From assembly GCA_016874295.1 (NCBI GenBank), contig VGUH01000002.1, positions 74,344-138,343 on the forward strand: a stretch of DNA of 64,000 bases, read 5' to 3'. The notes under the pieces were generated by a model that made no database searches, had not been told where the DNA came from, and saw only the letters and a list, made by a program, of their open reading frames with translations. Positions 10,010-19,513 of the stretch are shown here, one piece after another. How positions within the stretch are numbered: position 1 is the first letter of the stretch; each line of letters opens with the position of its first letter. The stretch comes from Gammaproteobacteria bacterium (GTDB lineage Bacteria; Pseudomonadota; Gammaproteobacteria; Steroidobacterales; Steroidobacteraceae). A program made the translations under genes and the position numbers.

Positions 10010-11179
10010 TCAGCCCAGCAGTCCTGCATCGTATGGGTACTGCGAAAGCACGATCGGCCCCTCGGCGGACACCCAGACTTCGTCTTCCAGCTTGACGCCG
10101 TCCTTCGCGCCCACCTTGCCGGCGTAGCACTCGACGGCCAGCACCATGTTCTCCCGGAACTCGCCTTCCGGCATCTCCGTGTAGGGATCGCCCGGCAGCG
10201 GGATGTTCGGCGACTCGTCATCCACGCCGATGCCGTGCACGATGACGCCGTAGGCCTGCTCGCGATAGGCGGCCGGCAGCGGCGGGCAGCGCGCCACGAA
10301 GTCCGAGAACGCGAGCCCCGGCCGGATGATCTCGCTGCAGCCGCGCACGAAGTCGTGGGCGACCTTGTAGGCCTCCTGCTGCGCCGGGCTCGCCGTCTCG
10401 CCGCACAGGAAGGTGCGCGAGAAATCCGCCACGTAGCCTTCCGGCCCGATCGCGTCCGTGTCGATCGCGACTAGGTCGCCGGGCTCGACCCGCTTGTCGT
10501 CCGCCTCGTGCAGCCAGGGATTCGTCTTCTGGCCTGAGACGATCAACCGCGTGAAGCACTGCTCGCCGCCCAGCGCGAGGATCCGGTGCCAGAAGATCGC
10601 GAGCAGCTCGTTCTCGGTGATGCCGGGCCGTACCGCGCGCTCCAGGTCGGCGAGCGCCGCCTCGGCCACGGCGCAGGACTGCCGCAGCAGCTCGACTTCG
10701 TCCGCAAGCTTGATGATGCGCGCCGCCGACATCGCGCGGTCGGCGTCCGTGAGCGAAAGGCCGCGCGCCTGCAATGCCGCGTAGCCGTTGTAGTCGAGCA
10801 CGTCGATGCCGATGCGCTCAGCGGCGATCCCCTTTTCCGCGAGCACGTCGCGGATCTGCTGCGCCCAGACGCGTGCCTTGCCGGGAGAATCCGCGTCCGT
10901 GACCCGCGCCTGCCAGAACATCGAGGGGCGCACGTCATTCCAGTAGGGTCGCTGGCGGAACTCCGCGCCGCCGTACTCGAAGATGACGGGCTCGCCCGCG
11001 GCGGGCACGACCACGTAGTGCGCGATGTTCACCGCCGTCCAGAGCGGCATCACGGCGACGCCGGTGCAGTAGCGGATGTTCACGGTGTCCGTGAGGACGA
11101 GCGCGCCGATGCCCTGCGCCGCCATGGCGCGCTGCACCTTGGCGAGGCGGTCGCGCCGCAAGCGGGCAAGATCGACCAC
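10010..11179 (-). CDS. M24-family metallopeptidase (Xaa-Pro aminopeptidase / creatinase-like)
   Basis: 389 aa. Creatinase-like N-domain plus pita-bread domain with DTDAIGPEGYVADFSRT, VHGIGV and LAVECY metal-ligand regions. Confidence 0.8.
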   Translation of the reverse strand: MVDLARLRRDRLAKVQRAMAAQGIGALVLTDTVNIRYCTGVAVMPLWTAVNIAHYVVVPAAGEPVIFEYGGAEFRQRPYWNDVRPSMFWQARVTDADSPGKARVWAQQIRDVLAEKGIAAERIGIDVLDYNGYAALQARGLSLTDADRAMSAARIIKLADEVELLRQSCAVAEAALADLERAVRPGITENELLAIFWHRILALGGEQCFTRLIVSGQKTNPWLHEADDKRVEPGDLVAIDTDAIGPEGYVADFSRTFLCGETASPAQQEAYKVAHDFVRGCSEIIRPGLAFSDFVARCPPLPAAYREQAYGVIVHGIGVDDESPNIPLPGDPYTEMPEGEFRENMVLAVECYAGKVGAKDGVKLEDEVWVSAEGPIVLSQYPYDAGLLG

Positions 11180-11238
11180 GGATTCCCCCTGCGCCGATTA
11201 TGATGAGGCACCGCACACGCAGCAATCCGGAGCCCCGC

Positions 11239-12558
11239 ATGCGCGCGACCTCGACCCTCGCATTCATCGCCCTCCTCGCTGCCGCGCCGGCCGTCGCCGA
11301 ACCCGTCGCGCTGATCGCCGATCGCGTAATCGACGGCGTGAGCGACCGCGCGCGCGAGAACACAGTCGTGGTCGTGGACGGCGAGCGTATCCTCGCGGTC
11401 GGCGACCGATCCGTGATTCCGGCGGGCGCCAGGGTGATCAACCTGCCCGGCCGGACCCTGATGCCGGGTTTCATCAATTGCCACGAGCATCCGCTGATGT
11501 ACGGCGACGACTACCAGAACGCGCACCTGCAGGCGTCGTCCGCCTACAAGGCGCTGATGGGGCTCGCCGCGTTGCAGCGCATGCTGCTTGCGGGCTGGAC
11601 ATCGGTGCGCGTCATGGGCGACGCCGACGTCTACTACGCCAACCAGGATATCCGCAGGACCGTGGATGCCGGTGTCTTCGTCGCGCCGCGCCTGACCGGC
11701 GCGGGGCATTACCTCTCAATCACGGGCGGCGGCGGCGACGTCAACTACATCTCGCCGGAGCAGAGCGTGATCGCGGACGGGCTCGTGGTCGATGGTCCCG
11801 ACGAGGTCCGTAAGGCGGTACGCGAGGAGATCAAGTTCGGATCCGACTGGATCAAGCTGCTGGTGACCGGCGCCTACCAGTCGGTCGGCGACGACCCGCG
11901 AAACGTCGCGTTCAGCCCGGAGGAACTCGAGGCCGCCGTCTCCGAGGCGAACCGTCACGATGTGCCGGTCGCCGCGCACGCCCACGCCACGGACGGCATC
12001 AAGCAGGCCGTCGCGGCCGGTGTCCGCTCGATCGAGCACGGCACCTTCATCGATGACGAAGCCATGCGGATGATGGCGGACCAGGGCACGTTCCTGGTGC
12101 CGACCATCTACGTCGGCGACTACTACAACGAGGGCGACAAGCTCCGCGCGCAGGACAAGAACGACGACTACGTCAAGAACATGCGCGGCAAGTTCCTCGC
12201 CGCCGTCGGCCGCGCGCACAAGGCGGGGGTCAAGGTCGCGGTCGGCGTCGACCTCGGCGGTTACATGACCGATCCGGTCGTCTTCGTGCGCGAGATGGCC
12301 GTGCTGGTCGAGGCCGGCATGACGCCGATGGAGGCCATCCAGGCCGGCACGCGGGTCGGCGCGGAACTGCTGCGCTGGGACGACCGACTCGGCACGGTGC
12401 AGGCCGGCAAACTCGCCGACCTCGTCGCGGTCAGCGGCAACCCGCTCGACGACATGAAGGCGCTCGAGAACGTCGAGTTCGTGATGATCGGCGGTCGCGT
12501 GGTGAAGGCGCCAGGAGTCGACACGACGCTGACCGGCCGTCTCCTGCCGCCGGACTAG
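11239..12558 (+). CDS. Secreted amidohydrolase-family metallo-hydrolase
   Basis: Start chosen at ATG 11239 (MRATSTLAFIALLAAAPAVA signal peptide); the ORF is open from 11200. HxH motif in PGFINCHEHP, later VAAHAH and SIEHG. Confidence 0.75.
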   Translation: MRATSTLAFIALLAAAPAVAEPVALIADRVIDGVSDRARENTVVVVDGERILAVGDRSVIPAGARVINLPGRTLMPGFINCHEHPLMYGDDYQNAHLQASSAYKALMGLAALQRMLLAGWTSVRVMGDADVYYANQDIRRTVDAGVFVAPRLTGAGHYLSITGGGGDVNYISPEQSVIADGLVVDGPDEVRKAVREEIKFGSDWIKLLVTGAYQSVGDDPRNVAFSPEELEAAVSEANRHDVPVAAHAHATDGIKQAVAAGVRSIEHGTFIDDEAMRMMADQGTFLVPTIYVGDYYNEGDKLRAQDKNDDYVKNMRGKFLAAVGRAHKAGVKVAVGVDLGGYMTDPVVFVREMAVLVEAGMTPMEAIQAGTRVGAELLRWDDRLGTVQAGKLADLVAVSGNPLDDMKALENVEFVMIGGRVVKAPGVDTTLTGRLLPPD

Positions 12559-13089
12559 CCGGCGCCGGCCTGCTTGGACATGGGCACGAACTCGATCGAC
12601 ACCCCGTCGCCCAGGTTCCACTGGATGGGCGCCGCGGCGATGTAGCCCCGGGCTTCGTAGAGCCGCCGCCCGGGCAGCGTTGCCATCATTTCGAAACGCG
12701 TGAAGCCGTTCACCCGGGCCGCGTTCTCGCAGTATTCCAGGATGGCCGTGCCGATGCCCCGCCGCGCAAGCGCGGGATGTACGAAGAATGCGCGGATCTT
12801 CGCGGCATCCGATCGCGGATCCAGCAGGCCGCTGTCCCGGCTCGGCTTCTGGTCGCCGCCGAACAGCGTGCGGCGCCCCCGCGAGCTGACCGCCGCACTC
12901 CACGACCACGAAGGTCCCGTCGCGCACGAGCTGCGTATCGACGCCGAATGCGCTTTGCAGCGCGCTCTCGACCTGCGCCTCGGAGTAGCAGTCCCGCGAG
13001 AGCTCCCGCGCCGAGAGCGCGATCAGCTCCCCGATGGCGCCCACATCGGCGAGATTCGCAAGTCTCAGGTGACAGCCGGCGGGCAGCAT
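12555..13089 (-). pseudogene. GNAT-family N-acetyltransferase interrupted by a frameshift/short deletion near 12876-12880
   Basis: The N-terminal frame reads MLPAGCHLRLANLADVGAIGELIALSARELS...VVVECGGQLAG. A different frame then continues RRTLFGGDQKPSRDSGLLDP..KIRAFFVHPALARRGIGTAILEYCE...FVPMSKQAGAG, which includes the acetyl-CoA RRGIG motif. Start-to-stop span is 535 nt (mod 3 = 1). The usual CGGWS block between the two parts is missing. Confidence 0.6.
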
Positions 13090-13151
13090 AGGTCGCGATG
13101 CAATCCGATTATGATGGCGCGCCGCAGTCGCGGTAAACGGGGGAGGCTGTG

Positions 13152-14039
13152 ATGCAGGCGACCGAACTCGGGCAACTCCCCTGGCTCGCGCCGACGCTCG
13201 GGGCCTTCTTCGCCTGGGGCCTCGCCCAAGGCCTGGTCAAGAAGTACATCGGCGAGGTCTCCGCGGCGAGTTTCTGCCTCTATTACGCGATCGCGAATGC
13301 CGTCGTGAATGTCGCGTTCTGGGCGATTCAGGACGCCCCGCCCGCATTCGCGCCGGAGGGCCAGCAGTTCGCGTTCTGGGGCCTGCTCGCCTACGTGCTC
13401 GACGGCATCGCGTGGATCTTCTACTACCAGTCGCTCACTTACGGCCCGATCTCAATTGTCGGCACGCTGTCGGCGGCCTACCCCGCGCTTACGGTCATCT
13501 TCGCGCGCAGCTTCCTCGGCGAGGATCTGACGCTCACGCAGGGTTTCGGCGTCGCCGCCGTGCTGATCGGCTGCCTCGCGCTCGCCTGGTCACCGCCGGA
13601 TTCGAAGACCGCGACCAATGGCCGCTGGAAAATCCTGGCCGGGATCGCGCTCGTCATCTGGGGCGTGAGCGGGACGCTGATCCGGTACGCCTACAGCTTT
13701 CCGAGCGCGCACGAGGCGAACCTCGCACTGTTCATCGCCATCGGCGGACTCGTCACGCTGGGCGCGTACGGCGTCCTCAAGGGCGCGTTGCACAGCGCCT
13801 CGCGCACGGAGTGGCTGCGCTCCGTCGGCCCGATGTCGACCATGGCACTGGGCAGCCTGCTGGTCGCGATCGCGTACAAGCATGGCCCGGCGTCGATCGT
13901 GACGCCGCTCGCGGGCGCCTATCCGGTCGTGACGCTCGCATTCGCCTGGGCGGTGCTGAAGGAGCGGCCGGCGCGGCTGCAATGGGGCGGCATCGCGCTC
14001 GTGCTGGTCGGGATGGTCCTCACGACCGCAGTCACATGA
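13152..14039 (+). CDS. EamA/DMT-superfamily transporter
   Basis: About 295 aa and roughly 10 hydrophobic helices in two EamA-like halves. GGGAGG lies 5 nt upstream of ATG 13152; GTG 13149 is also possible. Confidence 0.7.
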   Translation: MQATELGQLPWLAPTLGAFFAWGLAQGLVKKYIGEVSAASFCLYYAIANAVVNVAFWAIQDAPPAFAPEGQQFAFWGLLAYVLDGIAWIFYYQSLTYGPISIVGTLSAAYPALTVIFARSFLGEDLTLTQGFGVAAVLIGCLALAWSPPDSKTATNGRWKILAGIALVIWGVSGTLIRYAYSFPSAHEANLALFIAIGGLVTLGAYGVLKGALHSASRTEWLRSVGPMSTMALGSLLVAIAYKHGPASIVTPLAGAYPVVTLAFAWAVLKERPARLQWGGIALVLVGMVLTTAVT

Positions 14040-14073
14040 CTCAGGCGCCCTGACGATCGCCGCATTGCCCGGC

Positions 14074-15164
14074 TCACTTCGTCACCACGTACCAGTTGTT
14101 CTGGATGTCATGCGCAAGGCGGTGCGTCTTGATCGCGCGGAAACCCGCCTTGTTCAGATACTCGCGTGTCCTTTCTTCGCCCCACATGGCACCCAGCCCT
14201 TCCCCGCCTTGCGCCAGCGATACGGTCATGCAATGCATGCACGAGATCGTGTAGAGAAATGTCCCGATCGGATGTTCGATGTCCTTTTCCACGTGGCTCG
14301 TGCCGCTGATGTCCTGCATGAGATAAGCGCCGTCGGACTTCAAGGTGCGACAGATGCCCTTGAGCACGTTGAGCGGTTGGCCCTGGTCGTGTATTGCGTC
14401 GAACGTTGTCACGAAATCGAATGCCTCAGGCTCGGCAGTCGTGTGGAAGGCGCTGAGATCCGCGGCAATGAAGTCGACGTTCTTCAGGCCGGCCTCCGTC
14501 GCCCTGGCTCTAGCATACTCCGTGGCTTCGCGAGACAGATCCATGCCGACGAAGCGGCTTCGCGGATAGAGCGCGGCAAGCCTCAGGAGGATGCGGCCGC
14601 GGCCGCAACCGGCGTCGAGCATCCGGATGCCTCTCGCGAGCCGCTCTTTCAGCCCCGGCACGAGCGGCACGATGTGCGCCTCGAGTGACGAGAGAACCGA
14701 CTGTCCGCTGTCCTCCGCCATCACCTCATGGAAGCGCGAGAACTTTTCATAGGGCACACCACACCCTTGCTGAAGCACTCGACGATGTCGTCCTCCACGC
14801 AACCCATCACAGCGATATACTGCCCGAATACCGCCATATTGTCGGCCGCGGCTGCCCGTGTGAGGAACGCGGCATGTTCCGCCGGCAACGCGTAGCGGTT
14901 GCCGGCCGGATCGTACTCAACCACGTCGCTGGTCACCATCGCGCCGAGCCACTCCCGAACATAACGTTCGTTCAGTCCCGCGCGGGCTGCGATCTCTTCC
15001 GAGCGTTCCGGCGGCGACCGACTCATGACGTCGAACAGCCCGGTACGGTGGCCGACGGAAACCATCAAACACAGGGCGCCGTTGTTCAGCGCAGTCAGCA
15101 TCTTTCCCGCGAACGCCTCTGCCTTGGTCCGGTCGATGCGGGACTGCCGCGCTTCCTCCGACAT
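14074..15164 (-). pseudogene. Class-I SAM-dependent methyltransferase with N-terminal winged-helix/dimerisation domain, split by a 1-nt frameshift near 14757-14766
   Basis: ATG 15164 follows an AGGAGGAAGT RBS. The N-terminal frame ends ...VEDDIVECFSKGVVCPMKSS*. The next frame continues ..GCGVPYEKFSRFHEVMAEDSGQS...MLDAGCGRGR (SAM motif I). Span is 1091 nt (mod 3 = 2). One extra base in the ggtgtggtgtg tract would restore ECFSKGGGVPYEKF. Confidence 0.6.
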
Positions 15165-15392
15165 GACTTCCTCCTCCCTGACCGCATGGATCAACCATGC
15201 CACCCGGCTTCCGCGCTGAGCGGGCCACGCGAGGCGCATGACAGCCGCCTGCGGCACCCGCCAACAAGTGTTTTACGGGGAATATAACGCCTCGTTAAAC
15301 GGCGCACGACGCCCGCAACAGGCCCCGAATGACAAGTGGCGGCCTTTGCAGGCATCCTACGCAGCTATTTTTAGGCCCGGAGCCACCGAATC

Positions 15393-17084
15393 ATGCCGCC
15401 GTCGAAGGGAAGCCTCAGCAACATCGAGATCGCCCAGCAAGCCCGCATGAAGCCAATCGTGCCGCTCGCGAAGGAGCGGCTCGGCATCCCGGAAGAGCAC
15501 CTCTCCCCCTACGGCCACTACAAGGCCAAGGTCTCCCTCGATTACTGCACGCACCTCGAGGGCAAGAAGGACGGCAAGCTGATTCTCGTCACCGCCATCT
15601 CCCCCACCCCGGCGGGCGAGGGCAAGACGACGATGACCGTCGGCCTCGGCGATGCGCTGAACAGGATCGGCAAGAAGGCCATGATCTGCCTGCGCGAACC
15701 TGCGCTCGGCCCGGTGTTCGGCATGAAGGGCGGCGCGGCGGGTGGCGGATACTCCCAGGTCGTGCCGATGGAGGACATCAACCTCCACTTCACCGGGGAC
15801 TTCTCGGCGATCGCGCTCGCGAACAACCTGCTCGCGGCGATGATCGACAACCATATCCACCACGGCAACGCCTGCGGCTTCGACGTGCGCCGGATCACCT
15901 GGCGCCGGGTCGTGGACTGCAATGACCGTGCGCTGCGCGATATCACGGTCGGGCTCGGCGGGCCGGGCAACGGCTATCCGCGCCAGGACGGCTTCGATAT
16001 CGTCGCCGCCTCGGAGGTCATGGCGATCTTCTGCCTGGCGACCAGCCTCAAGGACCTCAAGGAGCGGCTCGGCAAGATCGTGGTCGGCTACACGCGCGAC
16101 CAGAAGCCGATCCACGCGCGTGATATCAAGGCCCATGGCGCGATGGCGGCGCTCCTGAAGGACGCGCTCGCGCCGAACCTAGTGCAGACGCTCGAGAACA
16201 ACCCGGCCATCATCCATGGCGGCCCGTTTGCGAACATCGCGCACGGCTGCAACTCGGTGATGGCGACGAAAACGGCCCTCAAGCTCGCTGACTACGTCGT
16301 GACGGAAGGTGGCTTCGGCGCCGACCTGGGCGCCGAGAAGTTCGTGGATATCAAGTGCCGCAAGGCGGGTCTCGTGCCGGACGCGGCGGTCATCGTTGCA
16401 ACCGTGCGCGCGATCAAGTATCACGGCGGCGTCGAGGTCCCGGATCTCGGCAGGGAGAACCTGAACGCCCTGAAGGCGGGCATCTCGAATCTGGACCGGC
16501 ACATCGACAACGTGCGCGACGTCTGGGGCCTGCCGTGCCTGGTGGCGATCAACCATCGCGCCGAAGACAGCGCGGCTGAGCTCAACTGGCTGCAGGAGCG
16601 AGCCACTCGCCACGGCGTCAAGGTCATCATCGCCAAGCATTACGCCGAAGGCGGCAAAGGCGCGACGATCGTCGCAAGGGAAGTCGTCGAACTCTGCTCA
16701 CACCCGAACTACTTCAGATTTACCTACGACGAGCAGGAAACGCTCTGGGACAAGATGAGGGCGGTTGCCACCAAGATCTACGGCGCATCCGAAATCACGG
16801 CCGACAGCAAGGTGCGCGGTCAGATCAAGCAGCTCCAGAAGTCCGGCTACGGCCATTACCCGGTCTGCGTGGCGAAGACCCAGTACTCCTTCTCGACCGA
16901 TCCGAAGCTGCGCGGCGCGCCGCACGGGCACGTCGTGAACATCCGCGAGGTGCGGCTCGCCGCCGGCGCGGAGTTCATCGTGATGATCTGCGGCGACATC
17001 ATGACGATGCCGGGCCTGCCGGTGACCCCGGCGGCCAACAACATCGACGTCTCGGACGACGGAAAGATTACCGGGCTGTTCTGA
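15393..17084 (+). CDS. fhs: Formate--tetrahydrofolate ligase
   Basis: 563 aa. [19 protein letters not shown]-loop, canonical length and C-terminus. Confidence 0.95.
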   Translation: MPPSKGSLSNIEIAQQARMKPIVPLAKERLGIPEEHLSPYGHYKAKVSLDYCTHLEGKKDGKLILVTAISPTPAGEGKTTMTVGLGDALNRIGKKAMICLREPALGPVFGMKGGAAGGGYSQVVPMEDINLHFTGDFSAIALANNLLAAMIDNHIHHGNACGFDVRRITWRRVVDCNDRALRDITVGLGGPGNGYPRQDGFDIVAASEVMAIFCLATSLKDLKERLGKIVVGYTRDQKPIHARDIKAHGAMAALLKDALAPNLVQTLENNPAIIHGGPFANIAHGCNSVMATKTALKLADYVVTEGGFGADLGAEKFVDIKCRKAGLVPDAAVIVATVRAIKYHGGVEVPDLGRENLNALKAGISNLDRHIDNVRDVWGLPCLVAINHRAEDSAAELNWLQERATRHGVKVIIAKHYAEGGKGATIVAREVVELCSHPNYFRFTYDEQETLWDKMRAVATKIYGASEITADSKVRGQIKQLQKSGYGHYPVCVAKTQYSFSTDPKLRGAPHGHVVNIREVRLAAGAEFIVMICGDIMTMPGLPVTPAANNIDVSDDGKITGLF

Positions 17085-17091
17085 GCCGCGC

Positions 17092-17799
17092 TCAGCCGCG
17101 CATCCGCTGGCCCTGCGGATCGACGAGCGCCCCGGCGCTGCGCACCGCCGGTTGGCGCTCGCCGATCAGCTCGACGGCGAAGCCGGTTGTCTCATTCGCG
17201 ACGGTCTTGTCGACGTAGCCAAGCGCGATCGACTTGCCGACCGTGTGCCCGTAGCCGCCTGACGTCACCCAGCCGACGACCTGATCGCCGTGCCAGATCG
17301 GCTCGTCCCCGATCGCGTCCGCGTCGTCCGCATCCACCACCAGCGTGATCAGCTTGCGCGCGCCGCCGCTCGCCTGCTCCGCGACCGCGGCCGCCTTGCC
17401 GATGAAGTTGGGCTTGTCGAGGTGCACGAAGCGGCCGAGGCCAGCCTCGTACGGCCCGTAGATCGGGCGGAACTCGCGCGCCCAGTTGCCGAAACTCTTC
17501 TCCAGCCGCAGCGCATTGAGCGCGCGTCCGCCGAAGTTGCGCAGGCCATGGGGCTTGCCGGCCGCGTGCAGCAGGTCGTACAGGGCGCGCAGGTATTCGG
17601 GCGCGACCCACAGCTCGTAGCCGAGCTCGCCGGTGAACGACACGCGGCCGACGCGCGCCGGGATCATGCCGACGTTCATCTGCGCGAAGGACAGGAACGG
17701 GAACGTGGCGGTCGACAGGTCCCGGTCCACCAGCGGTTGCAGCGCGTCGCGCGACTTCGGGCCGGCGACCGACAGGCCGAGGACTTCCATCGCGCAGGG
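17092..17799 (-). pseudogene. C-terminal fragment (about 235 aa) of a GcvT-domain FAD oxidoreductase (dimethylglycine/sarcosine dehydrogenase type)
   Basis: LSVAGPKSRDALQPLVDRDLS..FPFLSF...RVSFTGELGYELW...GGRALNALRLEKSF...GWVTSGGYGHTVGKSIALGYV is the aminomethyltransferase folate-binding and C-terminal barrel region. The roughly 550-aa FAD N-terminal part expected for this family is absent. Confidence 0.7.
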
Positions 17800-17804
17800 G
17801 CGCA

Positions 17805-18776
17805 GGCGCGACCCGCAGCATCGGCCAGTTCTCGACCCTCTATGGCGGGATCGAGGACATGGTCGTTGGCCTCGAGGCGGTGTTCGCCGACGGCACCGTG
17901 ACCCGGATCAAGAACGTGCCGCGCCGCGCGGTCGGGCCGGACATCCGCCACGTCGTGATCGGCAACGAAGGCGCGCTGTGCTTCATCACCGAAGTCACGG
18001 TGAAACTGTTCCCGTTCCTGCCCGAGAACAACGCCTTCGTCGGCTGGACGCTGAAGTCCATGCGCCGGGGCTTCGAGGCGCTGCGCGAGGTCATCGTCGC
18101 CGGCTACCGCCCGTCAGTCGCGCGCCTGTACGACCCGCCGGACGGTGCGTTCCACTTCGGGAAGTTCGCGGCCAAGGACGACTGCGTGCTGCTGTTCATG
18201 GCCGAGGGCCCGGCAGGCATCGTCAAGGCGACCGTGGAAGGGATCCGGGAGATCGTCGCCCGGTTCCCGGAATGCCGGCCGGTCGACCCGCATCACCTCG
18301 CGGAGTGGTTCGCCGACCTTAACTGGGGCCCAAACAAGATCGCCAACGAGCGCAGGGAAATCCTCGCGACGCGGTCCATGGGCCGCACCACGGAAGTCTC
18401 CGCCGACTGGAGCACGATCTGCGACCTGTACGAGAACGCGCTCAAGCGGCTGCGGGCCGAGATGCCGGATATCACGATGGCGGGCGGGCACAGTTCGCAC
18501 GCGTACATCAACGGCACGAACATGTACTTCGTGTACTACTACGACGTGAAATGCCCGCCCGAGGAAGAAGTGGCCCGATACCGCACCGAGATCAACCGCA
18601 TCATCTGCGAGGAAACGCTGAAGCTCGGCGGGTCCGTGGTCCATCACCACGGCATGGGCAAGGCGCACACGCCGTGGGTCCGGGAGGAATACGGGAGTTC
18701 CTACTACATCCTCGAGCGGCTGAAGCGCGCCTTCGACCCGAACGAAGTCATGAACAAGGCTTGCATCATCCCGTAG
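17805..18776 (+). pseudogene. C-terminal fragment of an FAD-linked oxidase (GlcD / alkyl-DHAP-synthase-like)
   Basis: Family similarity starts abruptly at ATRSIGQFSTLYGGIEDMVVGLEAVFADGTV..GPDIRHVVIGNEGALCFITEVTVKLFP, which is the end of the FAD-binding PCMH domain. It continues through the C-terminal cap (HHHGMGK). Roughly 150-200 N-terminal residues are missing. Confidence 0.7.
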
Positions 18777-19397
18777 TCAGGGCTTGATGACGTGGTCGAC
18801 CCAGTCGTCGCACAGCGCGGCAGCATCCGCCGGGCGGATGCTCCGGGGGTCGAGGCAGAGCTGCAGCCACAGTCCGTCCAGGAAGGCCGTGAGGCCGGTG
18901 ACGGCGGTGTCGAGATCCACGCTCGCGACGCCGCGCGAGCGGGCGAGGTCGGACAGCAGCCTGCCGAGCACCTCGCCGTAGCCGCGGCCCTCCGCGTCGC
19001 GCACGGCGCGCATCTCGGGGGAGACCTGCACCAGGCTCCAGTACACGACCCAGGCGGTCAGCACCTGCGGGTCGAGATTCGGCCCGGAGAAGAACGAGTC
19101 GAAATAGGCGCGCAGCCGCGCACGCGGGTCGGCGCCGGCGGCGGCGACCGCCCGCTCGAAATCCGCGGCGAGCCGCCGGCTGAATGTCCGGTAGCTCTCG
19201 GCGACCAGCGAGTCCTTGTTGGGGAAGTGGTGATTGATGAGGCCGATCGAGACGCCCGCCTCCGCCGCGATGCGGCGCACCGAGAGCCCGTCGTGCCCGT
19301 AGCGCTTCAGGCTCTCGATCGCGGCGTCCACGAGCGCCTCGCGCCGGTCGCTCGCGACCTGGCGCTCGTAGCGGGGCTTGCGTGCCGCGTTGCTCAC
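18777..19397 (-). CDS. TetR/AcrR-family transcriptional regulator (BetI-like context)
   Basis: 206 aa. HTH region LSVRRIAAEAGVSIGLINHHFPNKDSL. Divergent from the MttB-family gene. Confidence 0.85.
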   Translation of the reverse strand: MSNAARKPRYERQVASDRREALVDAAIESLKRYGHDGLSVRRIAAEAGVSIGLINHHFPNKDSLVAESYRTFSRRLAADFERAVAAAGADPRARLRAYFDSFFSGPNLDPQVLTAWVVYWSLVQVSPEMRAVRDAEGRGYGEVLGRLLSDLARSRGVASVDLDTAVTGLTAFLDGLWLQLCLDPRSIRPADAAALCDDWVDHVIKP

Positions 19398-19458
19398 CGG
19401 CGCCGCCGCGCCCGAAAATGGGCGATCCCGCGATGGCCGGCACGGATAGGTGCATTCA

Positions 19459-19480
19459 TTGTTGAACGATCGTACAATAA
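19459..19480. promoter_or_regulatory. Imperfect 22-bp palindrome, candidate TetR operator in the TetR/mttB divergent promoter
   Basis: TTGTTGAACGATCGTACAATAA. 18 of 22 positions are self-complementary around a perfect ACGATCGT core. It lies in the 116-bp intergenic region. Confidence 0.35.
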
Positions 19481-19513
19481 GGGGTCTCCAGCGTCAACGG
19501 ACGAGGCGGTGAA

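Noticed and set aside
15165-15392. Possible ZTP (pfl-motif) or THF riboswitch in the 228-nt leader upstream of fhs.
   Set aside because: Only a weak CCGCCTGCGGC resemblance to the ZTP 3' subdomain (CCGCCTGGGC) is present. It sits at the far 5' end, and I could not find the pseudoknot partner or the P1/P2 consensus. A covariance-model scan would be needed.
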